A DNA stretch of 64,000 bases from Parasitella parasitica NRRL 2501 (taxonomy: Eukaryota > Fungi > Mucoromycota), in NCBI GenBank assembly GCA_025201805.1, contig MU619280.1, positions 120,052 through 184,051 on the forward strand. Reading direction: 5' to 3'. Positions 56,178 to 64,000 of this stretch are shown here, in pieces; position 1 is the stretch's first letter, and the number at the start of each line of letters is the position of its first letter. Below the pieces are notes generated by a model that worked only from the letters and a program-made list of their open reading frames with translations, did no database searches and was not told the DNA's origin. The position numbers and the translations under genes are program-made.

Positions 56178-58318
56178 ATGTCTAGCCAAGAAGTGCAAAG
56201 CATCAACAAAGACAACCTTCCAGCTTTGCCTTGGTTAGGCAAAAATTCACCCACGTTGTCTTATTTCTGCGTATATAATCCCTCTTTAGGGCCCCATGAA
56301 GAGAACACCAAAGATCAAATATTGTACTATACAGCCAAAAAAGTGGTTCCTGCCGACATTAAAATGAAGCAAGTAGGTTTAGCACAAGCACTAGTCAATT
56401 TTACGAGGTATGTGTACATGTATTTATTGTAATTTAATGCTAAATGCTCTTTGCCTAGTACGTTTTCACCTTCACGTCCTACTCAAAATGTACACTCGCA
56501 AAAAAATCGAATGATCTTTCTACAGCCTGAGCCTGGATTTTGGATGCACATGTGTGTAGAGTTGGGGATACTAAGGAAACAGACCAAGGATTCAAAGGGA
56601 AAAGAAAAATTAGTTACAGAGTATCTGGATTCGCAATTGAACGATAATGCTTTAGAAGCAGTGTTGAAGATTGGATACGAGCAGTTCAAGGTAAACCGCC
56701 AGAGCTTTCATTGGATTATACCTCTTTGGCTCATTTGCATTGCTCTGTATTGTATAGCTACTGAATGGTACGTTTTCTTCAATATTGTACGACGCCAACA
56801 AAGAAACAAACCGTCAGCGGATAAAGACATTAATGCACGCCATTGAGGAGTTCTTTTCTGACTGGATCTGGAAATGGGATTTTGATCGTCTGGACATCAT
56901 GACATTTTCTGCAGTCTTCAATGGAGTGCCTGTTCAACCTATATTGCGCGCCAACTACCTCAATATCAACAAATTGGACGAATCTATCAAGGCACAATTT
57001 GAAAACAACATTAGCCATCTTTTTGTGTTAAATATCCTAGACGGCGGACTTGTGTACCGTTCGCCTGATCTATTAATCAACGATGTATGCGCTTTGCGCA
57101 AGCATGTCTTGAAAAAGGTCGAAAATCACGCCAAGTTGGAAAAGAGAAAGCTGGACATGGAGATGACTATGATGAAGAAGGATTCACCGAAAGGATATGG
57201 CCTCAAGCAGTTTACGAAATCATTCTCACAATCACACATTTTGAGTTATTTCTCATCTGGAGGATCCAAATCGACTGATACAGTGAATTCTATGGCTACG
57301 CCTAATTCTGCAACAGCGTCAATTGATTCAAATTTGGCACTACCTTCTGCTTTGGATATCCCAACTGCCACACCCTCGCCTAATGGGTCATTGAAAACTG
57401 ACAATACAAATCAGGGCATTTATTTGACCGGCTTGGTAGAATCAACAGCAATCGGTATGAATGGAGAGGAGAGACCTGTTACAAAATTTGATCTAGTCCG
57501 AGTGTACATATCCAGCGCTTATAACAGCGAACAATCGCAGGATAATCAATTGAATGAGTACTATTTGTTGGTTTATAAACACAAGAGCAATTTGGTATGG
57601 AGCTTCATATTACCTGCTGCCTCCAAATCAGAAAGTCTATTGTCAGATCCCACATTTTATTCAAATTTGGAAGCTTACATGAACGAAAAGGATTTGGAAA
57701 GTTTAACAAACGTTCTGGTAGAGAACATTGCTGGTGTACAAGAAAAGAGGTAGGTTTTACTGTCACCAAGGCATTCATGGTACCTGATTTTCTACTGCTA
57801 TGTAGCCTCAACCTCGGAAAAAACTACAAGTGTTTCTATTATGATAATGCTACGCTGAACATCAAAACTACCATGATTGACCCACGATCAACGTCCAATA
57901 ATCCCAAGGAGAGAAAAGCAGCTATTCAAGTGACAAACGAAATGCTTTTACAGCTTTTGGAAGTGAGAGAGGATTTTGGCAAGATTCCGCGTACAAGCGA
58001 AGTATATACCCGGTCGACCGCGAATCACTGGATTGCAGGTAACCGACTCTATAATACCTTGAGAACGTCATCTTCGGAAGAAGATGCCAATACAGTAGTG
58101 CACGAAAATAGATCTTCTCTCGATGAATGTTCAAGGGATGAGGGTATGGATGACTATACCGAGATGTATCTCATCGCTGCCAAGAAGGATACATCGTTGG
58201 CTGATGTCGAAGGTATGATGGGCATCTATACAGAACGCAAATATATTGACCTTAAGTTTGTACAGAAACACTCAATAAGATGAGTACGAGTTTATTAGAT
58301 ACAATGCATATTGAATAA
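56178..58318 (+). CDS. CCZ1: Vacuolar fusion protein Ccz1 (longin-domain GEF subunit), multi-exon
   Basis: LSYFCVYNPSLG..E...DQILYY, KMKQVGLAQALVNFT, QPEPGFWM, EVYTRSTANHWI. Confidence 0.85.
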
Positions 58319-58371
58319 AATACGTATGCATCCGGTATTGTTAATTACATGCATTTATTTAGTTACGGTGA

Positions 58372-59073
58372 TCAATGGCATGATTTTCCAAGCGCTTTCA
58401 ATCGCCAATAATTGTATGGCAATGGCACAATAAAGCCTGCTGCAGTACTAATTGCTGCTGCCAGCCAAAATTTAGGATCTTGGAATAAAACCTGGCCTCC
58501 CATTAAATGCCAGTCAGTGACATTCTCTGCCAGTTCCATGGCCAACATGGATACAAAGCTCATCCCCATCGCTGTCTTGAAGGCTGCTGGATATGGAACT
58601 TGCATAGAACGCTTCAATAATACGGTTTCCAGAGCTAAAGAGGTTGATATTCCAGCCACCTAGATTTATATATTTGCGATAAAAGTTAATTTGTGTGCAT
58701 ATGTGCATGTAACCAGTAATACTTGTTTACCATTGCTGCTGCTGTGCTGTAAATGGGTGACATTTCTGGGTAATTGTATTGCAAGTACCACATTGTAGCA
58801 AAATCACCAGTAGTACATCCAATTAGGCATCTTTTTATGTTATGTTAGTAAGGATATATCCTTTAATACAACACTTTGATTCCCGTATATATACCTTAAA
58901 GTATTTACTCTAGTGCGCTGCCAAGTTGTAGGATCAGACCAAAATTTGGCACTGGTGATCATAGGAGGTTCTTCTTGTTTTTTTGCGCAACATGAGCCCT
59001 GGCGAAGTGTAGTTTGAAGAGGCAGAAGCACTCGGGCAATACATGGTCTTTTTAAATGATGGATGTTCAGCAT
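58372..59073 (-). CDS. DUF4396-family membrane protein, 3 exons
   Basis: NTLR|CLIGCTTGDF, TSLALET, AFKTAMGMSFVSMLAMELAEN..D, FWLA..AGFIVPLPYNYWRL..GKSCH. Confidence 0.82.
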
Positions 59074-59382
59074 GTTATAATCCGTATTTTGCAAGAAGGT
59101 TGCTGTTCTTTCCTTTTTATGCTCTTTGGCATTTGATGAGACAGTCACTGGTTTGGAGAGCAAGTTGTGCTTAAAACATGTCTTGCTTGTTATCCCTATC
59201 TTTGATTTACCCTTGTAGGTATGATAAAATCTATATGTTGACATACGCATTAAGCATTACCATTACCGTTACCAACTCAAGACCAAGTTTGATTATAAAA
59301 AAAATATATTTATTTTATGTGTTTTAAAATGAAGCTATTGCTAGACGCCGATTTTTGGATCATGTCAGATAGTCGTTGACAT

Positions 59383-59796
59383 TTATCTTCTTGAATTGTT
59401 TCTTGAATTGTTATATTGTTGTTCTGTATGTATAATTGTAGCATCTCTTTCCCTTTCATCATAAATGTCAACCAAGACATGCTCATCGTGAGGGGTATAC
59501 TGCGGGGTATCATCAAATGGGTTCCTAGTATAAGCTGGAGCGGCAGGAGCAATGTGCATATCTTTTTCACACAAATGCTGTAATAAGACTGGCTTCATAC
59601 GCTGTAATTCTGCTGTTGTTAAAGGATTCATCTGTGCTTGCTGTTGACGTTCTAATTGTTGTTCCTGGGCCAAGATATCATGTTGAGCTCTCATCTTCAT
59701 TCTCTTTAACCAGCACACATATGTTAATAGTATGAGTATAATTGCAAGAAGAGAAAATATGACAATGAATAGAATTTGATTTGTATTAGGCGCCAT
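59383..59796 (-). CDS. Small single-pass membrane protein
   Basis: 137-aa ATG ORF with an N-terminal TM helix, basic stop-transfer residues and PAY/PQY motifs in the tail. Confidence 0.65.
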   Translation of the reverse strand: MAPNTNQILFIVIFSLLAIILILLTYVCWLKRMKMRAQHDILAQEQQLERQQQAQMNPLTTAELQRMKPVLLQHLCEKDMHIAPAAPAYTRNPFDDTPQYTPHDEHVLVDIYDERERDATIIHTEQQYNNSRNNSRR

Positions 59797-60619
59797 GATT
59801 TGTTAGTTCGTTAAAGAATGAAAGAAAAGGGAGGGATGTCGTTACATCGTTAAATGATGGAAGACATCTACAACTTTATGTAAAAAAATCTTTATTAATT
59901 AATTACTCTGTGCCACCATTTTTTGTTCCAAAAAGAGCCATGGACAATGTGGAAGCCAAACACAAACAATCGCACGCAAATAAAAAAGCAACTTAAATGC
60001 CTGATTTTCTTATTAGCGGCTTCTGGTGCAAGGTAATAAAAGATTGCACAATTAGTGTGTCACGTATAAAACCAGACAAAGGCATCTCATATTGAATACA
60101 AATCAACTAAAAATATAACGGTCGTCGAAATACCTGCCAGATAGATCAGCTTTCAACTGATTCCGTAATCGAGATAGAAAAGAAATGCTAACGAGTTCAG
60201 GCCTGTAGAATATTGTATGAAAATTTGTATTGTATTGGAATTGGTTAATTAGCTTGCTTAAGATCATAGCTCCAAAATATAACTGGTCAAAGCTCCAATT
60301 AAAACTATTAGATGTTACCAAAACAGATTATAAAGAAAAACATGGGAGGCATTGTCGTTTTGAGAATATCAAATCGTTGGTGCCCCAGATCTGTACATTG
60401 TGACATAGTCTATTTGTATGTCGCTACCTTCCCCTTCCAGTGTACGGCCACCGCGAATTTTCTGTTTATGCGTTTTATATTGTTGCCGGCATGTGCTTAT
60501 TTTTAATGTAACAGTAAGGCACTATCCTAAAAAGAAATTTGGCAATATGTTCAAGTATAAATTATTGATTGCGATGCTGTGAGCTTGATCTCAAAGATTA
60601 TTTTCATGTAACTTATTTC

Positions 60620-61000
60620 CGGGTGAAATAAATACAAGCAAATTTGAAATATTGCCCTTTCCACCCACCTAAGAGTATAATTTACAGTCTCTGATATCTT
60701 TACAAACTATTAAGCGATAGAGACACAATCTTCAGCCAAAATCTTCTTTTTTTGCACCATTCTACAACATATCCGAGTTTTATGCACCTCTGACCATTTT
60801 TCAGATTTTGCTATGTTTGGTCCCCAAACCTCATATTCGATTTTCAGTTTTCAACTTTGGGTCAACCTTCAGGGTCATTTTTAGGTACGAATTTGAGGTC
60901 CAAACCAAGTATACTTGCTAGTACTAACACGATAACTGTATCTCACTACGTCTTTGGATTCTCAATATCTATCTTTGCTGTCGAGATATTGCCAAAAAAC
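60620..61000 (+). repeat. Diverged direct repeat, copy 1 (copy 2 at ~62100-62810)
   Basis: Collinear blocks, e.g. TTTTTGCACCATTCTACAACAT.TCCGAG and ATTTTTCAGATTTTGCTATGT, and CATATTCGATTTT..AACTTTGGGT..CCTTCAG.GTCATTTTTAGGTACG, occur in both copies. Confidence 0.75.
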
Positions 61001-62099
61001 TAGATTTTGCAAATTTTGCAAATTTTACAGCATATGGTCCCATAACAAGTACCAATTTTTGCAATTAAATCATGTCCAAGTTCCTAAGTAAAGTAATAGA
61101 GCAAACTCTGGTACATCTACTGGTAGTAAACATGTCGTAGTGTAGCTTGAATTCGATAAGCTTGAGCCAATTTTGTCTTTTTTGGGTAAAATTTGTCCGC
61201 CTGTTTCTCAACAAACTATTATAGCACTTTGGCTTGAGTGATTATTAAAATCTTTTTAAAACCTGATTCTCTACTAGATGTATTACTTTTTAGACAGATA
61301 TATGGAAAAAAATATTTCTTCATATGTTTTTAGCAGAGGCTTAATTTATTTTCATAACTTTCAGAGCAATAAATGGGATATGAAGATACATGATATAGCA
61401 ATACAAAAATAGAGCTACAACATAGCTACCAAAAGGTTTTTGGTTGGTCAAAAAATACCAATTTCTGAGCGAGAAAATCTCGAAAGACGGAATTGGTTTC
61501 TACCCTTTTGAATGGCTTCATTTTGGCCCTCTAGACACAGGGCCGGAAAATCGTAGATTCATTTGGTCGAGACAAGATTTTGATTTTTGGCAGAAAAAAT
61601 AAAGCCACAGTAAAAAACAAGATATCGGTTCGTAGGTATTGATATGGTGATTCTTTTGGTCAAGTTTATAGACCTAAAAATGCTCAAAATATTTTTGCTT
61701 TTACTCAAAAACTATCAAAAATGGCGTTTTTTGAATATTTGAAAATTCGTTATAAGAAAAGGTATTTGTATAGTCTTGTAATTTATATTTTTGGATGCAG
61801 AATTTATTCTTTGTTAGAAAACACTTAGTACGCATATCCGATATACCTATCACGTTTATGAGATATCTAGCAATGAACTATGCGAAAAAAGCTCGAAACT
61901 GGTTTGGATCAAATGGAAACACAGTGCTGAGATTCAATCTACGGCCTTTTTTTTTTTCGCTGTAAATGGGTGCAACACCTATTTTCAATTGAGGAGCAAA
62001 GCATCATTCTAACAGGTACCTTGCGTATGTCTCCATATGAATCGACAGCTGAGATACTGCATAATAATACGGGCTCAAAAACCATTTTTGTATACCTTT

Positions 62100-62810
62100 A
62101 TCTTTGGATGAAATAAATATCACCTAATCTGAAATATTACCTTTTTTCCCGCTTAAAGGCTTAATTTACAATCTCTAATAACTTTAAAAACTACTAAGCA
62201 ATAGAAATTTAATCTTTAAAGCTAGGATATCTTTCTTTTGCACCATTCTACAACATGTCCGAGCCTCATGTATTTCTGACTATTTTTCAGATTTTGCTAT
62301 GTGTTTGGACCCCAATAATGATTTATCGGAATGAGGAATTATTCAAATAAAACAGTTGTGAATTAATCAGGTAAAGATTTCGTTTATTACATGGAAAAAA
62401 TGATGGTTTATATACTAGTGAATCTAAGTGGACTGATGGGAGGATAAGATACAAGTGTGAGGAGACATGGTGTGATTTAGTGAGAGTGAGACGATAGATT
62501 ATTGTATCTATTGTCCATGAACATGTCATGTTGTTGAGTTATAAATAAGGAAAATGATCCATTGGGATATGTTCCTGAATTGTGTTCAGCATTGAGTTTA
62601 CTTGAGTTTGACTTCCGGTTGGGAAATTGACACATCACCAAACCTCATCATATTCGATTTTCAATTATAAACTTTGGGTAAGCCTTCAGTGTCATTTTTA
62701 GGTACGGATTTGGGTTGTAAGAAAAGTATACAATAACTGTTTCTCTTCACACCACACTTTCCGAATTCCAATATCTATTTTAGTTGTCGAGACACGACCA
62801 AAACAAGGTC
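62100..62810 (+). repeat. Diverged direct repeat, copy 2, interrupted by a 322-bp insertion
   Basis: Alignment to copy 1 breaks at 62315 and resumes at 62638-62642. Confidence 0.75.
62316..62637. mobile_element. Putative solo LTR with 4-bp TSD (CCAA)
   Basis: CCAA|TAATG...CATCA|CCAA; termini are one mismatch from TGATG..CATCA; excision restores GGACCCCAAACCTC, matching copy 1 GGTCCCCAAACCTC. Confidence 0.55.
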
Positions 62811-64000
62811 TTGCTGATTTTATAGGAGCAAGTTAGGTGGATAATGATTGATCAACACTTACGTCTATAAAATTCTCCAGTTGTGTATTGGAGTTTTATT
62901 CAGAGTCTTTATGACCATGTTAAAGTAACACATTTGCACAACATTTTGCTGTGCGCTTTATATTGGGAAAACGGAGATGATCTTCCATATATAAAGAAAA
63001 TCTATTCCAAAGTATAAGGGAAAAGATGTTCTCTTAAAAAATATTATATATAATTACAATGCTTGCTTTGTTAAACTCCAGGAACAACTCGATCTCTATA
63101 TCAATAGGGGAAGAAAGCTTTTGGTATGCAGTTTACCCGACCTTTAAAAAGGGCTTTTGTAATTACCGTTATATTTTGTTGTTTTTCCTCTCCACTCGAT
63201 CAATGAAGTGAATAAATGTTAAAGTATAAAAAAAAAAGCTAAAAACCTAGAGAATACTGCATAGTATTTATTAGCTGTAGGACACTATGTCTCTCGCAAT
63301 TTTTGCTTAAAAATTAGACTATGAAAAATCAGGCATTTTGGATTAAAAAACAGAATTTCGGCTTTTCTGTTTCATCCATTATTTTTCAATAGAATTTACT
63401 ATTATCTTTGCACAGTTAGGCAGAGCACACCAACTCTTGTATCAATGTGTCGTATTATGCTTGGAGACTTTGTGTTGAATTTGACATTAAATATGCAATC
63501 AAAGTGTTTCGAAATGGGTTTTTTGGCTAACTGCTGAAGCATTCAGAACAGAAAAATGTGCTTGGTTTTAAATTCAGCTGCGTGGTGCTCAAGTAAAGGC
63601 CCTTGAGGTATAGCTGGTAACTATAATACCATAATGAATCAACATAAAATCTTTACTGTTTCAAGAAATCATTAACAAGTTGGGATTACCCCGATCGGCC
63701 CATTTGGGCCGACCCTTCCATAATAAATTTCTCCACAGAAATTGAAGATAACATGTTAAAAACTCTTTTCAATATTGAAATGGGTGTTCTTGTCAGCGAT
63801 CTAATTGATTTTGTTTGAAAAAAGTGAAAATTGAGCTATCAGGGATTGATTTTCCGGAGGCTGTTTTGCCCGATTTTAATCAGCCCAAATGGGCCGACTT
63901 TTCGATTATATATAATTTGTATAGTGTATAACAATTTATAAAAAAAAAATTTATAGAAATGTACTTAAGTTAATGTAGAATTATTCAAGAGCTGTTGGCG

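Overview
AT-rich, intron-rich eukaryotic DNA, most consistent with a Mucorales (Mucoromycota) fungus: short GT-AG introns, compact intergenic spacers, Mucorales-type Tc1/IS630 and LINE remnants, and a START-fold PITP. I can support about 27 protein-coding genes, mostly housekeeping or regulatory: a P450, an RSL1D1/Utp30-like protein, GPI7, UNC-50, HID1, SHO1, RPS29, NIT1, BAG, CEF1, COA4, RasGEF, metaxin, PITP, CCZ1, DUF4396, two MFS transporters and four transcription factors. Reading splice signals by hand recovered several things the ORF track misses. These are a copper-fist transcription factor gene, a spliced 46-aa CCHC zinc-knuckle microprotein gene, 5-nt and 8-nt microexons, two GC-AG introns and a long strand-specific stem in the RPS29 intron. 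A Tc1/mariner element with TA target duplication and captured foreign DNA sits inside a coding exon whose intact gene can be reconstructed, and a probable solo LTR is nested in an older repeat. No tRNA, rRNA or CRISPR features were recognised, and no clustered multi-gene novel system is supported. Exon boundaries and family calls come from reading by eye and recalled motifs, not from database searches.
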